Part shown: in pieces, positions 13,318-26,410 of the stretch
Layout of the letters: the number at the start of each line of letters is the position of its first letter
Numbering within the stretch: position 1 is the stretch's first letter
Source: Eledone cirrhosa
Taxonomy: Eukaryota
Assembly: GCA_964016885.1 (NCBI GenBank)
Contig: OZ024741.1
Span: 205,778,001-205,842,000 of the forward strand
DNA length: 64,000 bases
Direction: 5' to 3'
Notes under the pieces: generated by a model
Databases searched by the model: none
The model's input: only the letters and a program-made list of their open reading frames with translations
What the model was told of the DNA's origin: nothing
Position numbers and translations under genes: made by a program

Positions 13318-16300
13318 GGGAAGAAGACGCACGAGGTGGTAGAAGGTCATGAAATTGTTCCCGTAAGTTTTGAATTTTTTACATATTTAAATCATTTGTG
13401 AAATAACAACTCTTAGTACAAATGCTACGTAAAGCATCCGGCTTGAGCCCCAAAAAAATTTGGACCCAAAATATATTGTTATAAGGCTCAAATATTCAAA
13501 TATTCATCTTTGTATTGTACACTGTATATTCAAAAAATAAAATGGCTATAAATGGAAGAAGAAGAACCCCCCCCCTCCCCTGTCTACACTATATAGAACA
13601 GCCAAACAACACCAATCTCACCAACACCAGAAACTAGATACACCACCTACCCCATCACCTCTCTGTGTACACTAAACACAACAGCCAGATAACGGCAATT
13701 TGACCACCACCACAACCAATCTCAACATAATAATGATAATAATAAATACTATTATTATTGTCCCAAGTTTTAAAAAAATGTTTAATCCCAACATTAAGGG
13801 AATTTATGTCAACACATATACGCGACTAACCCCATAGATTCACCGAACGGACATCAGTAACGACAACGCCGCCCATCCATCATTACTACCACTATCCCAT
13901 CACCGCCGCCACCACTCCTTCATTGCTACCACCGCTACAACACCATCACTACAGTAATACGATCACATCACCACCACCACTGTCTCAGTATCGCTACCGC
14001 CGCTATTCTCTCCCATCGCTTCCTGCTAGTTGCTGCCACTACATTATAGAATTCCTACTAAAAAAGAGGAAGGCATCAAAATATATAGATAGACTCAAAA
14101 GAAAAAAGAAAAAACAAACATCAAAACCAAAGCAGCACAGCAACAACAGCAAAAAAAAAGAGAAAAACAAACAGAGAAAAACAAAAACAAAAATCAAAAA
14201 AAAAACGTAAAGAAAATAAGAATGAAGAGAGAAACAAGCGGACGGACAGAGAAGAGAAGGGAAAAACTAAGTCAGACATTCGAACACTACATTACAATGA
14301 AACTTATGCTTATTCATTTTTGGGGTTTTTTCTGCCTGTGTGTTTGTTTGTTTATTTGTGTACGTATACAGCGTGGTGATAATGCCACACAAGAGCCAAG
14401 TGGAGCGGCGCAACCACCGGAGACGGTGAATCCACAGATGGTTATGTAACCATACATTCGCCAATCCTCGATAAGAGTGTTTAAATATCGAACCTAAACA
14501 GTTCGAATAACGGTGTAATGGAGACTAGAACGTCATGTGACAGACTCTCACCCAACAGGTGCTCCCTGGCTCAGCAGCAGGAACCTGGCTGTCAACCAAA
14601 TACTGCTGGTGTCGGAGGAAGAAGAAGAAGGAAAGGGACCAGAACCAACTGGACGAAAGAATTGAATAGAACTGTTATGCAATGTTACCTGAAAAGTAAC
14701 CCCAAGGAGAGGGGCTATAGGAGACGGATGCATAACATCTGGAACGAGATTGGTCTATTTAAATTAGATGAACAAAAATTGGCCGGGCAGGCTCGGGTAA
14801 TAAGTACTAATGGGTGGATCAGCGAGCTGGAACTGGAGGAACTGAGCAGAGAGATTAGCTTGGAGATGGAGGGTGGAGTATGCCAGGCAAACGAGCCAGT
14901 GGGAAATGAAGGTGAAGAAGTCGAGAGAACGGAGGAACCACCCGAAGCAGACAATGATCTGAATACTGAGATAAATAATACCTGGAACAGAGATACGGCC
15001 ACTGAGAAGATGAATGCTGACGGGCTAGGACAAGATTCGGTTGACATCCTAAATTTAGTGGTAGATGAATTGAACAATGATAGTGGGAGACCTATGAACC
15101 TAAGATTTGTAGACAGGAAAAAGTTAAAAGAAACAACAGCTAAGGTAAACAAAGTCATCCCATACCTTGAGGCGAGGAGCCTTCACCAGTGCAACAATAT
15201 CCTCAAAGCAACAGCAAATACGGTGAGGAAACTACTTGGTATAAAAGCGAGAGGAAACAACAGACAAGAAAGAGCAGAGCCTTGGTGGAAGAAACGACTG
15301 AGTGGTCAAATCAGGGAAATGAGAAATGACATTGGAAAGCTTGAGTCACTACTGAATGGGACACTAAAAAACATAGGCACTAAAAATAGACTGGAAATAA
15401 AGTACAAAACTAGGAGGAAAAAGCTAAATATTATCATAGAGGAACTGAAGCAACGCATTGTAGCAAAGAGTGCAAAAATCAGGCGATACGAGAACAGAGT
15501 CAGTCAGTATAAACAGAACCGCATGTTCGACAACAACCAGAAGATGCTGTTTGGACAGCTTGAGGGGGAAAGAAAGAGGCAACGACTTGATCCCTGAGGC
15601 AGAACAAACTAAAACATTCTGGAGAGGAATATGGGAGCAGGATGTTAGACATAATGACCAGGCAGGGTGGATTGAGACAGTACAGAGGGAGATCGGTGAG
15701 CAGGCACACCAACAAACTGATTTGAGTATCACAGTTGAAATTCTTAAGGGGCAGGCCAAAAAACTAACCAACTGGAAATCACCAAGCCCAGATGGTGTGC
15801 AGGGGTATTGGATTAAAAATTTAACATCCCTCCACCCGAAACTGACAACCATGTTCAATGACTGCTTGATGTCAGGTGAGGTACCAGAGTGGTTGACAAA
15901 AGGTACCACAGTTCTGATAATGAAAGACCGAATCAAGGGTAATGATGTTACCAACTATAGACCTATCACATGTCTGTCCGTAATGTGGAAACTGTTGACG
16001 AGCATTGTGTCTGAGGAAATCTACCATCACCTCCACACAAACAACTTGTTACCGGACGAACAGAAAGGATGCCGAAAGAAGTCACGTGGTACAAAGGACC
16101 AGTTACTTATTGATAAGATGGTAATGGGGAATTGCAGGAGGAGACACATTGATCTTGCCATGAGATGGATAGACTACAGAAAGGCATTTGACATGGTGCC
16201 TCATTCTTGGATCACCAAAAGCCTGGAGATCTTCAAGGTGGCAGATAACATCAGACAGTTGCTGGGCAGGAGTATGAGGTCCTGGGAAACAGAGTTGACA

Positions 16301-17972
16301 TCAACTGGGAAGCGTGAAGATCAAGAGAGGTATCTTCCAGGGAGATAGCCTGTCCCCTCTGTTGTTTGTCCTTGCCCTGATTCCCCTGACCATTATGCTG
16401 CGAAAAGTGAGAGCAGGATACAAGTTGGGAAGGGGAGAGCTTACCATCAATCACCTCCTCTTCATGGACGATCTTAAGCTCTTCGGGAAGAGTGAGGAGT
16501 TGGATGTGCTTGTTGACACTGTCCGTATTTTCAGCAGTGATATATGTATGCAGTTTGGTATTAGTAAGTGTGGAGTCATTGTGATGAGGAGGGGTAGGTT
16601 GAGCAGAAGTAACGGAATCCAGATACCAACAGGTGAGATGATAAAGGAAATTGACTCTGAGGAAGGATACAAGTATTTGGGCGTTCTGGAGGCTGATGGC
16701 ATAAAGAACAAACAAATGAAGGAATTGTTAAGAACTGAATACATTCGGAGAGTAAGGAGCGTATTGAAGTCACATCTGAACAGCAGAAATGCCATAAGCG
16801 CAGTAAATTCCCGAGCTGTGTCTATTATTAGGTACAGTGCGGGAATTCTGAGATGGAATGTTGCTGAACAAAAAGAAATGGATAGGAAGACTAGGAAGCT
16901 ATTGACTATCTACAACATGTTCCACAAGAGGAGTGATGTCGATAGACTCTACCTGAGGAGATCTGCGGGTGGAAGAGGTCTTATCAGCATAGAGGACTGT
17001 GTTCAGATGGAGAAAAACAACCTACACAAATACGTGACTGATAGTAAGGAGCCAATGCTCAGAACTGTACTGAAGGAGGGGACAATAGGCCAGGGGATGT
17101 CCAAGGAGGAAATAACATCAAGGAGAAAGAGCAGCCTTCAGGGAAAATCCCTTCATAGTACCTTCTTTGAGAAAACTGAATTTAGAGATCCATAGACATG
17201 GAACTGGTTGAGAAGAGGAGACCTCAAAAAGGCTACAGAAGGAATGTTAATGGCTGCGCAGGAGCAGGCCCTCAAAACGAAGTGGTTGAAACACCATATT
17301 TACAAGGAGGAGGCTAGCCCACTGTGCAGGATCTGTGGAGAGAGAGAGGAGACTGTGGCTCACATTGTATCCGAGTGTAAACACCTAGCCCAGACCCACT
17401 ATAAAGGCTGGAGACATGATGTGATGGGCAGGGTGATCCACTGGCACCTGTGCAAAGTAAACAGTTTACCACATTCTGAGAAATGGTATGAGCATAAGCC
17501 AGAGGCGGTGATGGAGAACGATCAGGTGAAGGTGCTGTGGGATTTTAGGATACAGACGGACAAGAAACTGGAACACAATAGACCTGACCTGGTGGTTGTG
17601 GACAAAGAAAAAAGATCGTGTCTGATTGTGGATGTGGCCTGCCCATTCGACACGAGAGTGCAAGAGAAGGAGAGGGAGAAAATTAATCGATACCAGGACT
17701 TAAAGTGGGAGGTAAAAAAGATTAGGAACTGCCATGAAGTCAAAGTGATCCCGATTGTCATAGGCGCACTGGGGACTATCTCCAAATGGTTCCAGGGATG
17801 GTTAAAGAAAATCGGCCCCTTCACGCTTTTTGGAACGCTTCAAAAGGCATGCTTGCTGGGAACAGCAAGAACCCTCCGATACGTCCTGAATATCTGAGGC
17901 TGCAGGTAGTGGCTTGATATTCATTCCAACGGACTTTCCAGTTAACTAACATCAATGACTGAGATTCAAGGA

Positions 17973-18006
<34 letters not shown>
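13318..18006 (+). mobile_element. Tandem unit B: leader plus R4/Dong-like RLE LINE, pseudogenised
   Basis: Highly similar to unit A. The coding region 14518-17897 is broken by a frameshift near 15565, a short deletion near 16308 and a TAG at 17193. (TAA)n tail at 17974-18006. Confidence 0.9.
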
Positions 18007-18009
<3 letters not shown>

Positions 18010-18200
18010 TATTATTGTGTACAGTGCTCAGGTGCACTACAACTCATCAAAGGTGCATGTATAGTACATAGAATAATGTTCAAATGTGAGGAAAGTGAAC
18101 AGTTTATGAGTCATGATATATACATAGACACATGCGTGTGTATGTAGGGGGAATATAAGGTGTAGTGTTGGCTAATTTCAGGAAGCATGGAGGTTTTAAA
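18010..18200 (-). mobile_element. Short LINE 3' end (possibly CR1-type) with (ATT)n tail
   Basis: The minus strand reads ...AAAACCTCCATGCTTCCTGAAATTAGCCAACACTACACC...GCACCTGAGCACTGTACACAATAATATC(ATT)n. The clade assignment is an inference. Confidence 0.4.
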
Positions 18201-20700
18201 GTTAGGCCATTGATGACAATGTTGCTAGATTGGGTTGTTGTTTTTCCCCGCATTACAGTCATATATGAGCATTTATCTTGGCCAAACTCCATTTCTATAT
18301 CCTTTGAGCCCGTTGTAACCAGGTCAAGATTTTTCTTCATCCTATCCATGTTCTTGGCATAGAGTTTCAGATCATCTACAAAGAAATTATGGGTTAGGTT
18401 CGTATTTCTGTCCTCCTGTGAGCCAATGATGTATCCTTCACATTTCTTGAGCAGAAAGGACAAGGGGTTTAATGACAGGATGAATAATATCACAGATAGA
18501 CTGTCTCCCACAATGTGAGTTTTTGATTATCATACAGGGAGTATTTCTCAAGGAGCTCCTTCCCAACTCTCATGATCTTATCTGTCTCATGTAGACAGAC
18601 TTACTCAATAGATGGTCTCCTACGCTTAGTGGTTCGTAGATGTTGTTGTAGAGATATGATGCGACACTCAAATGGACTGATGTCAGGCCTCTGTCTCCCT
18701 GTTTCGTTTCAGGTAGAGGCAGTGTAGAACTTTCCGGTGTTGTTTAGGATTTTTCGGGTTTTAACATCAATTGCTTGGATTTCATCTATCGTCCAATCGC
18801 GTATTCCAAACGTTGGACTTAGGACAGGCACAGTAAACATATTGTGAGACACTGTTTTATTGTGCGCAGAGATTTCAGATGACCATATTTTTCTTAATCG
18901 GGTGTAATATTCCCTGGTTACGCGTTCCTTGTTACAAATACCATAACAGAATATATTTAATCTATACCTAGGTATCTGTAGCAGACCCCGTCAGATATCG
19001 GCGAAACAGTTCGGCCATTGATAAAAAATGTTGCTAGATTAGCTTGTAGTTTTTCCTCGCTTTACAATTATATATGGACATTTATCCTGGCCAAACACCA
19101 TTCTAGATCGTAATCCTTCGAGATCGTCGTAACGAGGTGAAGGTTTTTCTTCATCCTATTTATGTTCTGGCATAGAGTTTCAGGTCATCCATAGAGAGGT
19201 TTTATACATTAGGTTCTGGCATGCAATGGGCTGGTAGTCTTTTTTGTTGCCAAGTTGGTATCTTTGTTCTTGGGACCCAGTATTGTTTGTGCTAATGTCA
19301 ACCACCCTGATATATGTGGATCTCCCTTGAGAGCTTGTTGGTAGAGGTTGATAAGATACATCCGATATAATTGTTTCTACTTTTGGCACAAGGCCAGCAA
19401 TTACCCAGTGCATTACTGGTACTTTATTTTATCGACCCCGTAAGGATGAAAGGCAAAGTTAACCTCGGCGGGATTTGAGGTTATAATGTCATCCGATATA
19501 ATGTCAGTTTCTTGTACCAGTGGCCAACAATCAAGTCTCTTCCTGGTGTTTTCTTATCTTGGAATTTTCCTATCACAGTCTGAAGGGTCTCCTCATTTAT
19601 TTCGTATGTTTTTGTTGTAGTGTAATGGCAATAGTTATTTTGGCTTTCTTTTAGCCACACTGCATCTTGGCTGAAATTCTTCTCTTCACCCCATATTTTT
19701 CTCCAGAAGGAATCTATGTCTTTCTGGGCTGGGGCATCAGTGACATTTATTACATTACCCTTCATATATCTATAGACTGATTCTTGGTTTCGGCTGAATC
19801 TTTTATTAATTATTTTCTTTCAACCACCCTCTTCTGTTATAGAAGTTTCTCGCTGACAGCTCTATTTGAGGGTGATCAACTTGTATTGAAGAGTTCTGGT
19901 TGTACTGTCTCCAAACATCGTTTCTATTTTATTTTTCACTCTTTGTTGGCAAAATGTATGGGTTTCAATTCGTCGTAAACATTCACCCCCAATTTCATCA
20001 ATAGCACGCATAATTTTATTATTTGGTTTCTTTTTGTTTAATATTGTTGTTCTATATAATTTCTCTCTGGAAAGTTTTGCAGAGTATATATTTCAATTAT
20101 TCATACTCTTGACTTTCCCAGCTAACGGCAGGCGTATTATTATTGACAGGGTTTTGATGTTGATCACCGTGGCTGCGGATGGTCAGCCAAGTTGCTAGAA
20201 AGTCTAATAATATTGCAACCTGTAGCACGTGTTGTTGATTGAATATTCGATCTGAGGGCACTTACAATGAATAATGTTTACGTTATTTTTACGTTCAACA
20301 AACGTTCCTTGTTGGTGTAATAGTTTGGCTATGAAGTGATTTAGTTCTGGGTGTATTTCGTCTCAGTATAGCTTCATTCTGTTCATATAGCCAACAGAAT
20401 GAAGCTATACTGAGACGAAATACACCCAGAACTAAATCAGAGGGATTTTTGTTTTGCCATTTTATAACAATTAGATATAATTTCGATTCCTTCTGTAGTT
20501 ACGGCTAAAGAAACTTAGTTTAGCTTTCTCTTTGTTATTTTTCTTCGATTCTCCACTATTGTTGTTGATGTTGATGACGTGTTCAACTATGTTGCTTGTA
20601 GCAAATCCTTGTAAAAGGAATCTAGTATTTAGTCGGATATCTCTACGAATTCGAATAAAAGGTTTCTCCACTGAGTATAATTAGAAGAATATCCAGTTAT
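18190..20700 (-). mobile_element. Degenerate, rearranged R4/Dong-type LINE pieces (N-terminus and RT)
   Basis: Motifs GDSLSVILF..FVDDLKLY, FWRKIWG..KTPGRD and ICNKERVTREYY. Interrupted by a SINE at about 19370-19480. Confidence 0.75.
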
Positions 20701-20744
20701 TCAACACGACTCGTAGTTGTGGCATTATTGTCGGAGATAGTTCT

Positions 20745-21690
20745 TCTTTGACGCTAAACTTCACCAGTTGCAGACTGCGCATCAACATGAGATATTTTTC
20801 TACGCAAAGTTCGATCACCAACAACAAAGTTTAAAGAGCAAATATCAAGTCCAGTCCTTAGGTTGATATCAAGCCATCGTTTAGGCTGCCGGCTTCTGCT
20901 TCTCTTACCAGCCAGCCTTCCTTCCAGGCATAACCTACTCACACCACGAGTTGATCTTTTTATATGACCGTATAGTTTGAGTACTCTTGACTTGACAATT
21001 GATATAATTGGTCTAAGTCTAGTAATGTTGAGCAATTCACTGATTCGCTGAGTCGCTTCCCAGTCATAAGTCTCATGATGTGGTTCCTGAAATGTAGAGA
21101 GCTTCTGAAGTGACTTTGTCGTCCAATTAACACAGTCAAGGCCATATAACACAACTGGTAGGATGTAAGAATCAAAGATCTTAGCCTTCAAATGATAGGA
21201 AACTCGTTTTGATGTTAGTACTTCCTTGTTCCTGTTGAAAGCTGTCCAACCTAGAGAGATGCGATACTGCGCAGCAACCATTCCATTGTTGTTTGATGAT
21301 AGTTTGGGACCGGGATATACAAACTCTGTAACTTGAGCAATTTACTGGTTGTAGATTGTGAGTTGGAGATTGGCATTGTTTTTATCAGTTGTCATACACT
21401 TTGTTTTGGAGATGTAGATGCGCAAGCCAGCTTCTAGCGAATGTTTGGCCAGTACATTCAGAAAGTCTTGCAGATCAGTTCTAGAGTAACTCAAGATGTC
21501 CAGATTATCTGAATAGCTAAGATTGGATAGGATTTTATCTCCTATTTGATAGCCAGAGGAGCATTCTCCTTCAGTTTGGTAGATAAGTGCAGCTATAACT
21601 ATACAGAAAAGACGTGCTGATAGTACACCCCCCTGCTTAACTCCCTTCAAGATGTCTATACACCGTGTAGTGCCTAAATCTGTTTTGATA
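20745..21690 (-). mobile_element. RTE-related LINE, degenerate RT C-terminal fragment
   Basis: Motifs GVKQGGVLSARLF, LSYSDN (decayed YADD), SKTKCM, ILPVVLYG and LYGHIKR. Confidence 0.75.
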
Positions 21691-22299
21691 TATTTATATA
21701 GTATTCATCTTGTTATATGTATATAGTATTCATCTTAAATGTAATGATTAGTCTCACACGCCAATATGTGCGAATTCTGATTGAATATATCTTTACTTCA
21801 CTTCGGCAAAAAGAAAAAGAAAAAGAAAAAGAAAAAGAAAAAGAAAAAGAAAAAGAAAAAGAAAAAGAAAAAGAAAAAGAAAAAGAAAAAGAAAAAGAAA
21901 AAGAAAAAAAGAAAAAAGATTACTTCAAATCGTAAATAAATCGTTTGATTATAGTGTAGTGTTCACAAATGAATATAGTGTTCAGTAAAGCCTCAGTATT
22001 GTGCACGAATCTTTTATTTACCGAGGGAGTTTTCTCTTAAAAGAAAAGTGACAAGCTGCTGTTGACAGCGCGTGGCTGGCAGCCGTAGTAGTAAGTCGTT
22101 ATACTTAGAACGTATTTATTTATGGAATATATCATATAAATACAGATTAATTGAAAAAGAAAAAAAAATTAGGAAAATATAAAGAAAAAAACGGAAACGA
22201 GAGGGAATGGCATAGGTGACAGTGAGGGTGATTGGGTTCTGGGCCTAGGGCGCGGCGGTAATGACCCCATATCTCGGGTTCCCGAGATATGGGGTTTTT

Positions 22300-22617
22300 C
22301 CGGGTACCTTCATAAACAGAGAGAGAGAAAGATAGAGAGGAAGAGATAGTGGTTGTTACAGAGTAGATTGAAAGAGAGACATAGAGAGAGAGGGAGGGGA
22401 GAGAGAGAAGGAGAATGGAAGAGAGACAGAGCTGGTAGTGTTGGTGTGTATATATATGTGTGAATGTATGTTTATATAAATATGCATGTTTATTTGCGTG
22501 TGTCTATGACCAGTGTATATAGATCACAGACAGCCACATTTATATATACACACACACATACATATATATATATTTGTATACACACACACACACATTTATA
22601 TATATACATACACACAC

Positions 22618-22697
<80 letters not shown>

Positions 22698-22780
22698 GCC
22701 TTCCAGTTTCATTTCACATTATATACATGTTATATACATGTCTGTGTATATTTTAATTATTTAACAAATATTTTTAAGTG

Positions 22781-22827
<47 letters not shown>

Positions 22828-23330
22828 TTACAGACAAACAAGCAATCACAGATGTTTAGTATTAAACTAGACCACCTGTGACCCGTTGGGTCACGTTCAC
22901 TTCAACATATTTATTTTTAAATCAATGTTCACTTAAAAATATATGGGTGTCTGTCATCTATATACACTGGTCATAGACACACATACACATATACACACAT
23001 ATATATACACACACACTCACATATATACTCACTCAACACACCAGTTCTCTCTCTCTTCCATTCTCCTTCTCTGTCTCCTCTCTCCCTCTCTCTATGTCTC
23101 TCTTTCAATCTATATCATATATATATATATATATATATATAACGAAGGAAAAGTGGTAAGGAACCAGGTGGACCATAACGCACCAAAGTACTCAATACTT
23201 AGGGTAGTAGAGTGGGTAATAGGAACAAGTAAGACCCCGACGGCTGAGCTCAAGCCGTTTCGACGGCTAATTCAGTCCAGAATTAGCCGTCGAAACGGCT
23301 TGAGCTCAGCCGTCGGGGTCTTACTTCTTT

Positions 23331-23418
<88 letters not shown>

Positions 23419-24674
23419 ACTGGTGTGTTGTGTGAGTATATATGTGAGTGTGTGTGTATATATATGTGTGTATATGTGTATGTGTGTCTATGACCAGTGT
23501 TACTTTAACTTTAATTATATCTCATAAAATAATACAACTGGCTTTCCACATTATACATATTGTTAGCACCCCAAACACTTAAATTGGGTTTATATTTAAA
23601 TATAACCTAATGTTTGTTGAGTGAGATGGTTACCAGTCAGAGTTTAGCTTTAAACTATCTCTGTTATTGTATTAAATATTTACTCTTGATTGGCCAGAGG
23701 TGTTTATTTCCAGGTACCTTATGAATTTGACTTTCCGTATTTATTACTGTTGTGAAATGTTGTGGGTTTTTTTGGGTTGTAACTTCTCTGTTATTTAGCC
23801 TAAGAAAATATATATATGCCTATGTATATAATTACATACATACATTTATTTTCTTTGATTAATTGAGTTCTTTACACGAGGAATTAATATTAGTTTTGAA
23901 ATAACTAATTAACCCGCGTGTGTTTTATATTTTACTCTTAATTCGGCCGGAGATTTACATTCCCATTTGCCCTTTAAAGCATAACTTTCTGTATTTACTG
24001 CGGTTATGAGATGCGGTTCTTATTCGGGTACAACCTCTGATTTTAGCCTAAGAAAATATATATATGCGTGTGTAATTTATACACGCATATATTTATTTTT
24101 TTTATTTTCAATTGAGTTCTTAACACGTTGGATTGATAATGTTTTCGAAAAAACTAATTAACCCGCGTGTATATTATTTGTTTCCTCCTTTCGTGGATCG
24201 TAGTTGTCTCCTCTTCCCGCTTCGTGTCGCTATGATACTTCCTCAGTCAAAAACTGCTGGAATTTCAAATTTGGCGGTCATTCGAGGCGAGAAGGAGCAA
24301 CTTAACAGACACGATTTTTGACTGCGGTAAGAATATTTTCTTTCTTATATCAAAGTTTAATGGGCTTCCACTGATGATTTATAGGCGCCCACCTAAATAT
24401 ATTCTTACATGAATATATATTAGGCTTCTACATAAACTGGAAATATTCTCCCAACTTGTAGAAGACTTATAATGAAACAATTGTTTGGAAAGAGAGATAT
24501 ACTTTAACTTTAATTATATCTCATAAAATAATACAACTGGTTTTTCCACATTATACATATTGTTAGCACCCCAAACACTTAAATTGGGTTTGTATTTAAA
24601 TATAACCTAATGTTTGTTGAGTGAGATGGTTACCAGTCAGAGTTTAGCTTTAAACTATCTGTGTTATTGTATTA

Positions 24675-24705
<31 letters not shown>

Positions 24706-25430
24706 TATAATGTAGGAGGTGAGTTTTATTGTAGTACAATAAAGCAATGCAGATATCGGATAAGAAGCACTCTACAGTTTGTGGGACTGGAGTATGCATA
24801 ATATAAGATCAAAAGATGGTTAAAGGAGTTCCATATATTTTATTATGCGCATTTCAAAAACAAATATCATCAAACAATAATATTTGTGTTTTCATCAGAT
24901 AAAACAGGAGAACATGATATGAAGGCTAAGAAAACACTTGTTGATAGTGCAGTTTTAAATCAACATATGAAAAATGGTTTTAGATTGATGTGTGATATTG
25001 GGAAAAATATTTTATTTAGAGAGGGGGGGGAAAGGATGAAAAGGGAAGGAGATGAGAGGGAGAGATGGGTGATAGAGAGAAAGAGATAGTTTTTATAACT
25101 GAGAGGAGATATATTTTATATAGAGGGGTTGAAAACCGTTGGAAGATACTGTATAAATTAAAAATTTTGAAAATTAACGAAGGGAGGATATGTGCGAGGA
25201 AAAAATATTTTATTTAGGGAGGGGGGGGGGGGATGAAAAAAAGGGGGAGGAGATGAGAGTGAAGGTGGAAAGGGAGAGATGGGTGATAGAGAGAAAGAGA
25301 TAGTTTTTATAACTGAGAAAAAGATATAATGTTTTAATATAGAGAGGTTGGGAACCGTTGGAAGATAATGTATAAATTAAAGGAATTTGAAAATTAACGA
25401 AGGGAAATTATGTATGAAGATAGAGAGAAA
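22300..25430. repeat. Mosaic of microsatellites with local direct and inverted duplications
   Basis: 22300-22600 is inverted at about 22945-23110. Direct repeats: 23500-23675 with 24500-24672, 23790-23930 with 24040-24175, and 25000-25200 with 25200-25420. Confidence 0.75.
23141..23333. mobile_element. Short non-autonomous element with a terminal hairpin of about 55 bp, inserted in (TA)n
   Basis: Inverted arms span 23220-23333 around a CAGTCCAG apex. The same architecture occurs at 54015-54208. Confidence 0.75.
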
Positions 25431-25905
25431 AAAAAAAAATAATTGTGGGTGAATATTCTAACGTCAAAAGAAGAAATGTATGTATTGTGGCAATTACAAA
25501 ATTAGCAAAGAGAAAAATGTTAAGGTTTATGTGTAGAAGGATTTGAGAAAAATAATGTGAAGTTAAAGTTTGTATATTGAATTCATATGTATTAATAATG
25601 AGTTCGTTGATGGGGAGAAAAAAATAATAATAAATTAAGGATGAAATTGAGATTAAAAAGATTTATGATAGAGAGAAAAAATAATAATGATTGCGGATGA
25701 ATATTCAAAATGTCAAAAACAAATGTTATTGTTTTACGAGAAGATAGAATGAGGGTAATGAGTAAACGAGTACACTCTATAATACTCGTTTACTCATTAC
25801 CCTCATTCTATAACCTTTCGATTGCAAGCCCAATGCTCTAACCACTAAGCCATTTGCCCGTTTATATATAAATGTGTGTTTGTATACACACACATATATA
25901 TATAA

Positions 25906-25987
<82 letters not shown>

Positions 25988-26027
25988 ATATATGTGTGTG
26001 TATACAAACACACATTTATATATAAAC

Positions 26028-26410
26028 GGGCAAATGGCTTAGTGGTTAGAGCATTGGGCTTGCAATCGAAAGGTTGTGAGTTCAATTCTCAGACCGGGTG
26101 ATGTATTGTGTATTTGAGCAAGACACTTTATTTCACATTGCCCCAGTTTACTCAGCTATAGAAATGAGATGATAGGGACTGGGGTCCCTATCATTCCACT
26201 GCAAAGTGGTCATGCAGGTGCCACGGCAAAAAAAGTACCCAGCCCACACTGTAGAGTGGGCGTGTAGGCGCCACGGAAAAAAAGCACCCAGCACTCACTA
26301 AATGAGGTTGGTGTTAGGGAGGGCATCCAGCTGTAGAAATCAAGCCAGAATCAGTTCCTGTCCCACCCTTGCAAGCAGGGAAAAGCGGACGTATCATGAT
26401 GATGATGATG
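26028..26410 (+). mobile_element. tRNA-derived SINE with RTE-like 3' tail
   Basis: A-box-like TGGCTTAGTGG, B-box-like GAGTTCAATTC and core GAGCAAGACACTTTATTTCAC. The tail GGCATCCAGCTGTAGAAA...GGACG(GAT)n is shared with the RTE 3' ends at 56200-56460. Confidence 0.8.

Noticed and set aside
26028-26100. tRNA genes here and at 27243-27905, 54285 and 62659
   Set aside because: A/B boxes are present but there is no intact cloverleaf. Each head is followed by a SINE core and tail.
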